From positions 832,001 to 896,000 of the forward strand of contig CAVVUN010000015.1 in the NCBI GenBank assembly GCA_963751455.1: a stretch of 64,000 bases of DNA, written 5' to 3'. This stretch comes from Nitrospirota bacterium (GTDB lineage Bacteria > Nitrospirota > UBA9217). Positions 53,291-63,003 of this stretch are shown here, one piece after another. The position numbers were made by a program, and so were the translations under genes. How positions within the stretch are numbered: the first letter of the stretch is position 1; each line of letters starts with the position of its first letter. The notes under the pieces were generated by a model. The model had not been told where the DNA came from. It did no database searches and saw only the letters and a list, made by a program, of their open reading frames with translations.

Positions 53291-54373
53291 TCACCCGGAA
53301 ATGAGTTCTCGAAGCTGCTGCTCGTCCCAGTCCCTGGTAATCACTACTTCCCCGATCTTTTTCGGCAGAACGAACTTGACCTTGCCGCCTTCTGCTTTCT
53401 TGTCTATCTGTATGGTGTTCATGAGCTCTGCCGGAGCCGGCCTTCTGCCGAGCGAGGAAAGATCTGTCGGCAAGCCGTAGGACTTAATCAGCTTCTGCAC
53501 GTTTTCGGGAACGGACGCATCGCAAAGACGTGCTTTATGCGCCATTCTGGACGCATACACCATGCCGATCGCGACTGCATAGCCGTGGCGCATCGTGTAA
53601 TTTTCAGCGGTTTCTATGGCGTGGCCTACGGTATGGCCGAAGTTCAGGATTGCGCGAAGACCTCCTTCGCGTTCGTCCTGGCTTACTACCTCGGCCTTGA
53701 TTTCGCATGAGCGTTTAATGATATGGCCGAGCGCTTCAGGATCGAGAGCAAGGATCCTTTCGCGGTTCCGGTCAAGGTAATCAAAAAAATCAGCATCACG
53801 GATGACGCCGTACTTTATCACTTCCGACATGCCGGACAGGAATTCCTCTTTCGGCAAGGTCTTCAGCAAGTCGAGATCCATCAGCACTTTCTTCGGCTGG
53901 TAGAAAGCGCCGATCATGTTCTTGCCCATAGGGTGGTTCACGCCCGTTTTGCCGCCCACGCTGCTGTCCACCATGGACAGGAGGGTTGTGGGGATTTGAA
54001 TGAACGGGATCCCGCGCATGAAGGTAGCGGCCGCGAAACCGGCGAGATCGCCGATCACGCCCCCGCCAAGCGCAACCAGAGTGGACTTTCTGTCAAAACT
54101 ATTGATCAGGAGCGCTGAATAAATCGAGTTCGCCCAGTCCAGGTTCTTATACTGCTCGCCGTCCGGGATCTCTATCGACATGACCATGAAGCCGGCTGCC
54201 TTCAAGCTGTCGACGGCGCGCGGGCCGTGCAGTTTCCTGACTGTGGGGTTCGTCACAAGCGCCATTTTCGGACCGAGCCCGAGTTCCCGAAGCCGGGCTC
54301 CGGCCTGGTCCAGGCTTATGCCGATCTCGATGTCATAGCTTCTGTCCCCGAGATTTACTTTAACTGTATGCAT
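53291..54373 (-). CDS. aroB: 3-dehydroquinate synthase
   Basis: GGGVIGDLAGF, VDSSVGGKTGVN, LNFGHT. Confidence 0.96.
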   Translation of the reverse strand: MHTVKVNLGDRSYDIEIGISLDQAGARLRELGLGPKMALVTNPTVRKLHGPRAVDSLKAAGFMVMSIEIPDGEQYKNLDWANSIYSALLINSFDRKSTLVALGGGVIGDLAGFAAATFMRGIPFIQIPTTLLSMVDSSVGGKTGVNHPMGKNMIGAFYQPKKVLMDLDLLKTLPKEEFLSGMSEVIKYGVIRDADFFDYLDRNRERILALDPEALGHIIKRSCEIKAEVVSQDEREGGLRAILNFGHTVGHAIETAENYTMRHGYAVAIGMVYASRMAHKARLCDASVPENVQKLIKSYGLPTDLSSLGRRPAPAELMNTIQIDKKAEGGKVKFVLPKKIGEVVITRDWDEQQLRELISG

Positions 54374-54875
54374 GCTTGATTTTGTCCTTGATCTCGCTGA
54401 TCACAGCCTCGACGGGCTTGGCGGAGGTATCGATAACGGCATCCGCCTGAGCATAGAATGCCGAGCGGGTGTTGAGCAGCTCCCTGATTTTGGAGAGAGG
54501 GTCGGGGGTTTGAAGCAGAGGTCGATGCGTTTCGTGCCTGATGCGGTCGAAAATGACTTCGGGCCTTGCCGTGAGGCAGACAACGAAGCCGGCCTGCTTG
54601 AATGCCTCCCGGTTCGCTTCGCGGATGACTGCGCCGCCCCCTGTAGAGACAACCTGGCTTTCGCCGAGCAAGACGGTCTGAATGATCCGGGCCTCCACGT
54701 CGCGGAAATACGGTTCACCGGATTTCGCGAAGATCGAGGTTATGCTCGTTTTCTGGTCCGCCTCTATCAAATCATCGGTATCGACAAAGCGATAGCCGAT
54801 ATCTTTTGCCAACCGGGTGCCGACGCTTGTTTTGCCGACGCCCATGAACCCGGTAAGAATGATGTTCTTGAACAT
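54360..54875 (-). CDS. aroK: Shikimate kinase
   Basis: GFMGVGKT, GEPYFRDVE, STGGG, RPLL. Confidence 0.95.
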   Translation of the reverse strand: MFKNIILTGFMGVGKTSVGTRLAKDIGYRFVDTDDLIEADQKTSITSIFAKSGEPYFRDVEARIIQTVLLGESQVVSTGGGAVIREANREAFKQAGFVVCLTARPEVIFDRIRHETHRPLLQTPDPLSKIRELLNTRSAFYAQADAVIDTSAKPVEAVISEIKDKIKHAYS

Positions 54876-54919
54876 AGTTTTAATATTACTACAGAGAGCC
54901 TTTTTTCAAATCAAAGATT

Positions 54920-54951
54920 CTGGATTCCGGCTGAAACCATGCCGGAATGAC
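54920..54951. repeat. Half REP/RPE-like element
   Basis: ctggattccggc-tgaaaccat-gccggaatgac, same family as 33547-33616. Confidence 0.75.
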
Positions 54952-55010
54952 CGCTCATGGAAATTGAAGACGTTCCTTTGTCCATCGTCTCTCGCTGCCC
55001 ATCCGGGCTT

Positions 55011-56192
55011 TTATCTTGTCTCTTCCACTTCCATCCGCACGCGCAGGTTTCTCAGATAGGCTTCGTAGTTCCGCTTCATCTCATCGATACTGTCACCGCC
55101 GAATTTTTCAATCATTGCGGTTGCGATCTCGAAGGCCGCCGAAGCCTCAGCAACCACTCCCGCTGCGGGAACAGCGCATGCGTCCGACCGCTCTATGCTC
55201 GCCTTGAACGGCTTCTTGCTGTCCATATCCACCGAGCGGAGCGGTTTATACAGGGTGGGGATAGGTTTCATGACCGCCCTCAGTACGATGGCCTGACCGT
55301 TGCTCATGCCGCCCTCGATCCCGCCGGCCATGTTCGTTTTTCGGTAGAAACCTTCCTTGCGGCTCCAGAATATCTCGTCATGCGCCTGGGACCCTGTCTT
55401 ATTTGCCAGGCCGAAGCCGGCGCCAACCTCGACGCCCTTGATCGCCTGTATGCTCATGAGCGCCGAAGCGAGCCTGCCGTCCAGCTTCCGGTCCGGATGG
55501 ACGTGGCTGCCGAGACCCACCGGTGTTCCGGTGATGATGAGTTCTATGACGCCGCCGAGGGAATCGCCGGCTGCCCTGGCCTCGTCGATTCTTTTCATCA
55601 TCCGTTTTTCCGCTTCGTGGTCGGAACAGCGGAGCTCCGACGCTTCAGCCCGCTTCCTGATTTCCTGGTAGGAGAGCTTCGGGACTTTCGCGAAGACGCC
55701 CCCGATCGAGAGCACGTGGCTGATCACCTCGATCCCGAACTCTTCGAGAAGCCTTTTTGCAACAGCGCCGATTGCTACGCGCATGGCCGTTTCCCGGGCA
55801 CTCGAGCGCTCCAGTATGTTGCGGATATCGGTCATGCCGTATTTCAGGGCGCCGGCAAGGTCCGCGTGGCCGGGACGCGGCCTGGTCACCTGCTCCGCCG
55901 TGTTCAGGAACATCGGATCCGAGGACATTTTATCGCGCCAGTTTTCCCAGTCCTTGTTCCGAATCATGAGGCCGATCGGGCTGCCCAGTGTTCTGCCCCA
56001 GCGCACGCCGGTGTAAATCTTGACGGAGTCCTTTTCGATCTTCATGCGGCCGCCCCGGCCGTAGCCTGCCTGGCGCCTGGCCAGGTCGCGATCGATGTCG
56101 GTTACGCGTATCAGGAGTCCCGACGGCATGCCTTCGATGATACCCATCAACAGTTCGCCGTGTGATTCCCCGGCTGTCAAGAATCGTAGCAT
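55011..56192 (-). CDS. aroC: Chorismate synthase
   Basis: [36 protein letters not shown]. Start at ATG 56192. Confidence 0.97.
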   Translation of the reverse strand: MLRFLTAGESHGELLMGIIEGMPSGLLIRVTDIDRDLARRQAGYGRGGRMKIEKDSVKIYTGVRWGRTLGSPIGLMIRNKDWENWRDKMSSDPMFLNTAEQVTRPRPGHADLAGALKYGMTDIRNILERSSARETAMRVAIGAVAKRLLEEFGIEVISHVLSIGGVFAKVPKLSYQEIRKRAEASELRCSDHEAEKRMMKRIDEARAAGDSLGGVIELIITGTPVGLGSHVHPDRKLDGRLASALMSIQAIKGVEVGAGFGLANKTGSQAHDEIFWSRKEGFYRKTNMAGGIEGGMSNGQAIVLRAVMKPIPTLYKPLRSVDMDSKKPFKASIERSDACAVPAAGVVAEASAAFEIATAMIEKFGGDSIDEMKRNYEAYLRNLRVRMEVEETR

Positions 56193-56399
56193 TCCCCCCC
56201 CTTGAAAAATCAGCAGATTTCGTTTAAATGTGGCGCCATAATAGCAAATTTGCGCTAGAAGTGCAATCCAAACTATGGTATAGTTCGGGGTATATTCAGG
56301 GTATTTTTCGCGTATTTTGCCGCTTTTCAGGCTTCCCATGGTTACCCCGTTTCGTCATCACGTCGTATCCCCCTTTTTAAGGAGAACGAAAAGGGTCCT

Positions 56400-57164
56400 A
56401 TGATCGCACTACTCTGTTCGATTCAGACAGAAGCAGAAATTCTGCTTTCTCATGCGGAACTCACGAAAACGACCATTGCCGGATCCAAACCCATGGTCCC
56501 GGCGAGACTCGCCGGTCATGATGTCCTGTTTTGTATCGGAGGAATGGGCAAGGCCAATGCAGCCCATGCCGCAACTCTTCTGATAACGCAATACAATCCC
56601 GAAGCCCTGATCATATTCGGGGTGGGAGGGGGCTATCCGTCTTCCGGGGCGCAGCCGGGCGATGTTGCGATTGCGAGCGAGGAAATCGCGGGCGACGAAG
56701 GAGTACTGACCCCCGGCGGGTTCAGGGACGCGGAGTACATAGGCATCCCTCTTTTGAAGACCGGGACAGCTGTTGTTTACTCGAAGTTCATCGCTCCTGA
56801 AACCCTTGTACAGCAGTCGCTTCATGTGCTTCAGTCTCATAAAAATTCCGGAAGAGTCCATGTGGGCGCCTTCGTTACCCTCTCAACCTGCAGCGGCACC
56901 TCCGAACGGTCGCGTGAGTTGGAGGAACGCTATCACGGATTGTGCGAGAATATGGAGGGAGCTGCGGCCGCTCACGTGGCCCAGCTACACGACATTCCGT
57001 GGCTCGAGGTGCGCGGCATTTCGAACATCGTGGAAGACCGCGATCTCAAAAAGTGGGAGATCCTGAAGGCCGCCCGCGCCTGCCAGAAAGCGGTCCTGCA
57101 AATTCTTGAAGGATGGAACCACCCCTCACCCTACCTCTCCCCTGAGGGGAGAGGACAAAGGTGA
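56400..57164 (+). CDS. mqnB: Futalosine hydrolase
   Basis: PNP/MTA nucleosidase fold motifs GMGKANAA, ENMEGAA, EVRGISN; adjacent to mqnD. Confidence 0.88.
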   Translation: MIALLCSIQTEAEILLSHAELTKTTIAGSKPMVPARLAGHDVLFCIGGMGKANAAHAATLLITQYNPEALIIFGVGGGYPSSGAQPGDVAIASEEIAGDEGVLTPGGFRDAEYIGIPLLKTGTAVVYSKFIAPETLVQQSLHVLQSHKNSGRVHVGAFVTLSTCSGTSERSRELEERYHGLCENMEGAAAAHVAQLHDIPWLEVRGISNIVEDRDLKKWEILKAARACQKAVLQILEGWNHPSPYLSPEGRGQR

Positions 57165-57168
57165 GGGG
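57122..57168. repeat. GC-rich palindrome overlapping the mqnB 3' end
   Basis: cccctcacc...cctctcccc-tga-ggggagagg...ggtgagggg. Confidence 0.8.
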
Positions 57169-57234
57169 CATCACGTGCGGAGCGCGGATTAATAATAAAG
57201 AAAATCATGCTACCCGACCGGAACATAATGTGAT

Positions 57235-58080
57235 ATGAGTAAAACACTTACCATAGGGTACTCTCCGTGCCCGAACGACACCTTTATTTTCTACGCGCTG
57301 ATCCATGGCAAAGTGAGGGTGCCGGGTATCGAGTTCCGGGAGCGGCTCGAAGATGTGGAAACGTTGAACCGTATGGCCCTTGGCGGTTTTCTCGATGTTT
57401 CCAAGATTTCGTACCATGCCCTGGGTCATCTCCGCGAGAAGTACGCGGTGCTGCGTTCGGGCGGCGCACTTGGCCGGGGTTGCGGCCCCCTGATTGTTGC
57501 CAGGGCAGGTACAACTTTATCTCATTTGAAGCGCGGGAGCGTAGCGATCCCGGGCAGGCTTACTACGGCCTACTTGCTGCTCCGGCTTTTCGACCAGTCA
57601 ATCGAAAACGTTGTCATCATGAGCTTCGACCGTATCATGGCTGCAGTTTCAGCAGGTGACGTAACCGGGGGACTTATAATCCATGAAACCCGTTTCACAT
57701 ATCCGTCTTACAACCTCCAAAACCTTCTTGACCTGGGTGAATGGTGGGAAAAGTATTCAGGCCTTCCGATTCCACTGGGGGGTATTATAGGGAAACGCGA
57801 TCTCGGCACGAATGTGCTGCTTAAAATCGAAGCCGGTATCCGGGAAAGCCTGAAATATGCGCACGGGCATCAGGACGAGGTCCTGGACTACTGCAGGCAG
57901 CACAGCCAGGAAATGGATGCTGCCGTCATGAAGAAGCACATCGACCTCTACGTGAACGATTTTTCTCTGGATCTGGGAAAGGAAGGCATCGCCGCGGTGC
58001 ATAAGCTCTTTGCCGAAGCAGAAGCGCGTGGGGTATTTCCTCATTCGGACAGAGCGCTTCTGGCAGGGGATACGACATGA
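57235..58080 (+). CDS. mqnD: 1,4-dihydroxy-6-naphthoate synthase
   Basis: SPCPNDTFIF, GGALGRGCGP, IIHETRFTY, LPIPLG, HIDLYVN. Confidence 0.94.
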   Translation: MSKTLTIGYSPCPNDTFIFYALIHGKVRVPGIEFRERLEDVETLNRMALGGFLDVSKISYHALGHLREKYAVLRSGGALGRGCGPLIVARAGTTLSHLKRGSVAIPGRLTTAYLLLRLFDQSIENVVIMSFDRIMAAVSAGDVTGGLIIHETRFTYPSYNLQNLLDLGEWWEKYSGLPIPLGGIIGKRDLGTNVLLKIEAGIRESLKYAHGHQDEVLDYCRQHSQEMDAAVMKKHIDLYVNDFSLDLGKEGIAAVHKLFAEAEARGVFPHSDRALLAGDTT

Positions 58081-58154
58081 TTTTCCAGCATCGACGGCGA
58101 TTCTGCTAATCATGAAAGCACATGAATAAATTATGAACCCGGTAAGGAGGCTGT

Positions 58155-58715
58155 ATGGGCGGATGGATTGTACTTGCAGGAGTCTCCCTGACTCTGGTGT
58201 GGCTTGTGTTGATCTATAACAGGCTCGTGACGGTTCGAAATGACGTGCAAAGCTCCTGGAAACAGATCGACGTGCAGCTCAAACGCAGGCATGATCTGAT
58301 CCCGAACCTTGTTTCGACCGTAAAAGGTTCCATGGAGTTCGAGCAGGACACGCTTGAGAAGGTCATTTCAGCAAGGGCAAAGGCGGTTTCGGCTGGTACG
58401 CCGGCTTCAAAGGCAGAAGCAGAGAACATGCTCACACAGGCGCTGGGAAAGCTTTTCGCAGTAATGGAGAACTATCCGGACCTCAAAAGCAATCAGAATG
58501 TGATGCAACTTCAGGAAGAGCTTACCTCGACTGAGAACAGGATAGCTTTTGCGCGCCAGCTTTACAATGATCTCGTGGCGAATTACCGGACCACGCTGCA
58601 AGTGTTTCCGAACAATCTTATTTCGTCAACAATGCATTTTCGCAGCGAAGAGTACTATGAAGCCGAGGAAGCGGCCCGCGCAACACCGGGCGTGAATTTG
58701 AGTCTGAGGAAGTAA
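58155..58715 (+). CDS. lemA: LemA family protein
   Basis: IDVQLKRRHDLIPNLV, ENYPDLKS, TENRIAFARQLYN. Confidence 0.93.
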   Translation: MGGWIVLAGVSLTLVWLVLIYNRLVTVRNDVQSSWKQIDVQLKRRHDLIPNLVSTVKGSMEFEQDTLEKVISARAKAVSAGTPASKAEAENMLTQALGKLFAVMENYPDLKSNQNVMQLQEELTSTENRIAFARQLYNDLVANYRTTLQVFPNNLISSTMHFRSEEYYEAEEAARATPGVNLSLRK

Positions 58716-58733
58716 TAGCTTGAAAGATCTGAG

Positions 58734-58810
58734 GATGAGGGATGACCGCTTCGCTTGGACGAAGGACGAAAAAACCTTTTTCTTCGTCCCTCTTCCCTCG
58801 TCCCTCCCTT
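58734..58810. repeat. Palindrome with 7-nt periodic arms
   Basis: ggatgagggatga...ggacgaaggacgaa / ttcgtccctcttccctcgtccctcc. Confidence 0.65.
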
Positions 58811-58824
58811 GATCGGTTTACTGA

Positions 58825-60447
58825 ATGCCCCTTACCTTCATCGATATAGAGAGACAGAAGAACTGGCGGATAGGGCTTTTCTTTCTGTTGCTCATGTTCT
58901 TTTACCTTTGCATCGCTGCGCTCTTTGCATCTCTATTTCTTAATATTCCGCTCCATAGCTCGTCCCGGTTTTGGATATTCACGTGTATGGTCTCATTGCC
59001 TATAGCGGGGATCCATTTCTGGGTTTCGGCCTACGATACGGTAAGCACGGTGGTCAGGCAACTGGATGCGCAATTGCCCGACAGACAGGATGAAATTCAC
59101 AGAGTTCTGATCAACGTCGTGGAAGAGATGCATATCGTAACCGGGAACCGTCGACGGATACAGTGCAAGGTGATTCCATCGCTCTCCATGAACGCTCTGT
59201 CAGTCACCGATTTAAAGGGGGAATCGCTGATCGGAATAACCGAGGGCCTTCTCTCGCGTCTCTCGCGGCCGCAGCTCGAAAGTGTCATTGCTCACGAAGC
59301 GCACCATATTCTTTCGGGCGACTGCCTTGAAACCACAGTTGCCTCAAGTCTCTTCGGTACATTTGCAACTGCAATAGAAAAGCTGAGTTATACATCGAGG
59401 GGCAGGATCTTATCGTCACCGGCATTCATGCTTGCGTGGGTGCTGGTCAAGCTGAATTATCTGTTGAATATGTTCATTTCGCGCGAGCGGGAATACCGTG
59501 CCGACGCTGCGGCTGTTCGCATGACACGAAATCCCATTGCGCTCGCCGAAACCCTGCATCTGCTGTCGCGGAGCTGGCGGGGCGCGGGGTTCATCGGCAG
59601 CGGCTTCGAGATGCTTTGTATCGTGAACCCGCAAGCAACGGCGCTTGATGAGGCCGAAGGTTTCTTGGCAGACCTTCTTTCGACCCATCCCCCGCTTAAA
59701 AAGAGGATCGATGTACTGCTGAAAATGGCGCGTGTCAGCATTACCGAACTGGAGACAAAGGCGGGAAAAAAGGCGGTCCAGACGGGTGTGCAGGCAGCAG
59801 GCCCTCAATACTACGCGATGAATCCTCAGCAAAGGTGGCAGGGGCCGTTCACGATCGCTGAACTCGGAGCGCTTCCATGGCTTTCGCCGCTTACGTGGGT
59901 CACGACCGGCGATCAGCAGCAGCTCGTCGAACGAGCCTGGAAGCAACCCGGCATCAATGACATTTTTACGTCACGGCTGGCCATAAAAGAAATGACCATT
60001 TCTGATTATATTTGTCCGGTCTGCAACCAGCGGCTCGTCATCTCAGCTTACGAAGGCACGCGCGTATTTCAGTGCAGATTTTGTGCAGGCACGCTTGTGG
60101 AAAATGACAAAATGGCGAGGATCATTGCGAGGGCGGGTCAAGGAGCTTGGTCAAAACGCATCAACACTCTTACAAGGACGACGGTCAACCAGAATCAATC
60201 CGGGTACGCGAATCGGATGCGAACCGGAAATCAGAGGATAATTCCTCTCCGCGCTTGCCCCAAATGCAAAAACAGCATGTATCGAAATTTTTACAGTCAG
60301 GCGCATATGATTGAAGTGGACCGGTGCGGCATGTGCGGCCTTACCTGGTTCGATCAGGACGAGCTTTCGATGCTCCAATGCCTTATCGAAAACAGAATCG
60401 TGCCGGATTTTGCCGTGCCGCACATTGCAAATGCCGCAGCACAATAG
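58825..60447 (+). CDS. M48 (HtpX-like) zinc protease with GYF-like and two zinc-ribbon domains
   Basis: HEAHH, SREREYRAD, STHPP; QGPFTIAEL; CPVC..CRFC and CPKC..CGMC. Confidence 0.82.
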   Translation: MPLTFIDIERQKNWRIGLFFLLLMFFYLCIAALFASLFLNIPLHSSSRFWIFTCMVSLPIAGIHFWVSAYDTVSTVVRQLDAQLPDRQDEIHRVLINVVEEMHIVTGNRRRIQCKVIPSLSMNALSVTDLKGESLIGITEGLLSRLSRPQLESVIAHEAHHILSGDCLETTVASSLFGTFATAIEKLSYTSRGRILSSPAFMLAWVLVKLNYLLNMFISREREYRADAAAVRMTRNPIALAETLHLLSRSWRGAGFIGSGFEMLCIVNPQATALDEAEGFLADLLSTHPPLKKRIDVLLKMARVSITELETKAGKKAVQTGVQAAGPQYYAMNPQQRWQGPFTIAELGALPWLSPLTWVTTGDQQQLVERAWKQPGINDIFTSRLAIKEMTISDYICPVCNQRLVISAYEGTRVFQCRFCAGTLVENDKMARIIARAGQGAWSKRINTLTRTTVNQNQSGYANRMRTGNQRIIPLRACPKCKNSMYRNFYSQAHMIEVDRCGMCGLTWFDQDELSMLQCLIENRIVPDFAVPHIANAAAQ

Positions 60448-60468
60448 CCGTTTTACCGGAGAGTATTC

Positions 60469-61143
60469 ATGATAACCATTAAACTTTTTGCAGTGTTGAA
60501 GGACCGCGCAGGACGTGATGAATTACAGGTCGCGTTCAAAAACGGAACAGTCGGCAATCTGCTTATGCAGGCGTCAAAAGACTATCCCGCACTGTCCGAT
60601 CTGCTTTCGCCCGCCAAGCTCATGGTTGCGGTGAACCAGGAATTCGTCAAACAGGACGCGCCCGTCAGGGACGGGGACGAGGTCGCGCTTATGCCGCCCT
60701 TTTCCGGTGGTGACGCTCAGGCGGGCCATGTCCGAATCCAGACCGAACCCTTCTCGCTCTATACCGAGGTGGAGCGGCTGCAAGCGTCCTCTTCTTCGAT
60801 CGGTGCAGTCGTAACCTTTATTGGCACAACCCGGGATCTCTCGCGCGGAAAGCAGGTGTCGAAGCTCGAGTTCGAACATTATCCGGGCATGGCCGAGAAG
60901 AAGCTGGCCGAGATCCGGCAGCGGGCGATCACGGACTACGGAGTGATCGATGTGACTATTGTCCACCGGGTAGGAACGCTTCCGGTAGGAGAGAATATCG
61001 TTCTCATTGTCGTTGCCGGCGCTCACCGGGACGAAGCGTTCCGTGGGTGCAGTTTCTGCATTGATGAGCTGAAGCGGATTACTCCTATCTGGAAAAAAGA
61101 AACCTCTCCTGATGGAGAGGTGTGGGTGGAGGAGCATCCCTAA
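60469..61143 (+). CDS. Fused molybdopterin synthase MoaD-MoaE
   Basis: MoaD part ends PPFSGG; MoaE part has HRVG, HRDEAF, PIWKKE. Confidence 0.92.
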   Translation: MITIKLFAVLKDRAGRDELQVAFKNGTVGNLLMQASKDYPALSDLLSPAKLMVAVNQEFVKQDAPVRDGDEVALMPPFSGGDAQAGHVRIQTEPFSLYTEVERLQASSSSIGAVVTFIGTTRDLSRGKQVSKLEFEHYPGMAEKKLAEIRQRAITDYGVIDVTIVHRVGTLPVGENIVLIVVAGAHRDEAFRGCSFCIDELKRITPIWKKETSPDGEVWVEEHP

Positions 61144-61148
61144 GAAAA

Positions 61149-61190
61149 GCGTTAAACGGTTCAAACAGTTTAAACCGTTTGAACGGTTAC
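61149..61190. repeat. 9-nt periodic palindromic tract between convergent genes
   Basis: cgttaaacg-gttcaaaca-gtttaaacc-gtttgaacg-gtt. Confidence 0.7.
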
Positions 61191-61612
61191 TACTGCTTTT
61201 TCGCCGCCTTCTTCCCGTTCTTGAGATACACCACGCAGCTCGAGCAGTCGTTGTCCATCCGGCAGCGGGTCGTCTCCCAGCAGGGTTTGCTCTTGTCGGT
61301 AAACGCGCTGCACACAAGCCGGCGTTCATCCGGACAATCCTTGATCTCCCAGCAGGGCGCATAATCGAGGAGTTTTTTGATGCCTTCGATGCTGATTTTC
61401 TTGGAATGGATCAGCTCGCGGATACAACGCAGCCACTTGATGTCGTTTTCCGTATAGAGCCTGTTCCGACGCTCGCGGGTCGGGAGTATCAAGCCGTGCT
61501 TCTCATAGAGCCGGAGCGTCTGCGCGGTCGTTCCTACGAGCTTTGCCGCCACACCCATTGTGTAGAGGGGCGCATCCTTGTCTTTTAATACATCGAGGCT
61601 GTCAGCTACCAT
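61190..61612 (-). CDS. MerR/HspR-like regulator with Cys-rich C-terminus
   Basis: YTMGVAAKLVG..QTLRLYEKHGLI..RLY; PCWE..C..C..PCWE..C..CSSC. Confidence 0.88.
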   Translation of the reverse strand: MVADSLDVLKDKDAPLYTMGVAAKLVGTTAQTLRLYEKHGLILPTRERRNRLYTENDIKWLRCIRELIHSKKISIEGIKKLLDYAPCWEIKDCPDERRLVCSAFTDKSKPCWETTRCRMDNDCSSCVVYLKNGKKAAKKQ

Positions 61613-62358
61613 AGTTTTTTCACGTTCTCCCATGTACCGAGTGTGTATGAAGTCAGCAGTGTCATGCTGTCCGTCACGAGGAGCACCCCCATGGCGACCA
61701 GTACGATACCGCTTAGAATCTTTATTGCCTTAAAATGCCGTCTCAGCTTTTCAAAGGATGAGAGAAAGGCTGTGATGGCGATCGCGGAAAGGATAAAGGG
61801 AACGCCCAGACCGAGCGAGTAAAAAGTCAGAAGGGCCATCCCCCTGAACAGGGTTTCAGTCGTCATTGCAAGAGCCAGGACTGAACCGAGAAAGGGCCCT
61901 GTGCATGGCGTCCATCCAGCCCCGAAAATTACACCGACGAGTACTGTGCCCAGGTAGCCGGCCGGCCTCGTTTTGAGATGCAATTTTGCTTCCCGCTGAA
62001 GAAAGGGTATATTCACCACATCCATCACGAATATTCCCATAATAATGATGAGGATGCCGCCGACTATTCGAATAGTGTCAAGGTGCTGCGCCAGGAGGCT
62101 TCCTGCGAGACTTGCAGTGGCACCGAGCAGCACGAAGATGATCGAAAAACCCGCCACGAACGCCACAGAGTGGAGCAGAGTCGTGTGCAGGTTCTTTCTG
62201 CGCGACTCACGGCTTACAAGTTCGTCATAGCTGATTCCGGTTATATACGATACATAGGAAGGGATAAGGGGCAAGATGCAGGGAGAGGCGAACGAAATGA
62301 TGCCCATGGTGAGCGAATACAGCAGGATGTACGGCGTCAATCCTTGCGATAAATCCAT
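61606..62358 (-). CDS. ccdA: Cytochrome c biogenesis / DsbD-like membrane protein
   Basis: SFASPCILPLIPSY, GWTPCTGP, YSLGLGVPF. Confidence 0.92.
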   Translation of the reverse strand: MDLSQGLTPYILLYSLTMGIISFASPCILPLIPSYVSYITGISYDELVSRESRRKNLHTTLLHSVAFVAGFSIIFVLLGATASLAGSLLAQHLDTIRIVGGILIIIMGIFVMDVVNIPFLQREAKLHLKTRPAGYLGTVLVGVIFGAGWTPCTGPFLGSVLALAMTTETLFRGMALLTFYSLGLGVPFILSAIAITAFLSSFEKLRRHFKAIKILSGIVLVAMGVLLVTDSMTLLTSYTLGTWENVKKLW

Positions 62359-62573
62359 GGAAACAGCGGTCCCCCTTAACCCGTGGGTATAATACCAAAG
62401 CAGAATAAATATAGTCAAGAAAAACTTTTATTATTTTCGATTTGACTTGATCTAAAAGTAGAATTTATATGCTATTTAGCTCTGCCTACGGAAATACTCT
62501 TAAATAAACAAAACGCCGGCGCTGTGGAACGCAGCATTTATGTGGTTCTAAAAACTTTTTATTTAGATTTTGC

Positions 62574-62601
62574 TTGACATTTACGCAACTATGGTTACAA
62601 T
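62574..62601 (+). promoter_or_regulatory. Sigma70-type promoter of the small ORF
   Basis: TTGACA-16 bp-TACAAT. Confidence 0.6.
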
Positions 62602-62640
62602 GCACAGGTTTGTGCGAGATTTAACCGGAGGTGATGTGCC

Positions 62641-62814
62641 ATGGCAGAAATGAGCAAAACAGCAAAAGCAGCCACAAAAAAGGCTATTGTTAACTTAAAC
62701 GTTCCGCAATGTTGCGGCAAACCGATGCAGGCTGCGAAAATGATGACGACAACCGGCAAGGTGCGCGGCATGATGTGGCTTTGCGACAAATGCTGGAAAG
62801 AGAAGGTCATCTAA
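62641..62814 (+). CDS. 57-aa Cys-rich small protein (putative zinc ribbon)
   Basis: MAEMSKTAKAATKKAIVNLNVPQCCGKPMQAAKMMTTTGKVRGMMWLCDKCWKEKVI; RBS ggaggtga; own promoter and terminator. Confidence 0.75.
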   Translation: MAEMSKTAKAATKKAIVNLNVPQCCGKPMQAAKMMTTTGKVRGMMWLCDKCWKEKVI

Positions 62815-62839
62815 AACTTTTTCCAGAGACTTTCGACCG

Positions 62840-62872
62840 AAGGCTGTGACTTGTCACCGCCTTCTTTTTTTT
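62840..62872 (+). terminator. Rho-independent terminator
   Basis: gaaggctgtgac-tt-gtcaccgccttc followed by a T-tract. Confidence 0.75.
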
Positions 62873-63003
62873 GAATCCCGTGTTGCAAAGCCCACCTTTT
62901 TTCCCGGTTCTTCCTTTTTTCCCCTGAAGTCTTGTTGTTCCGTTTCTTCCTAAAAAAGCGGGGCGAACCTTGTTCTCTCTTTTTTTCGTTTATAAACGGA
63001 TGC

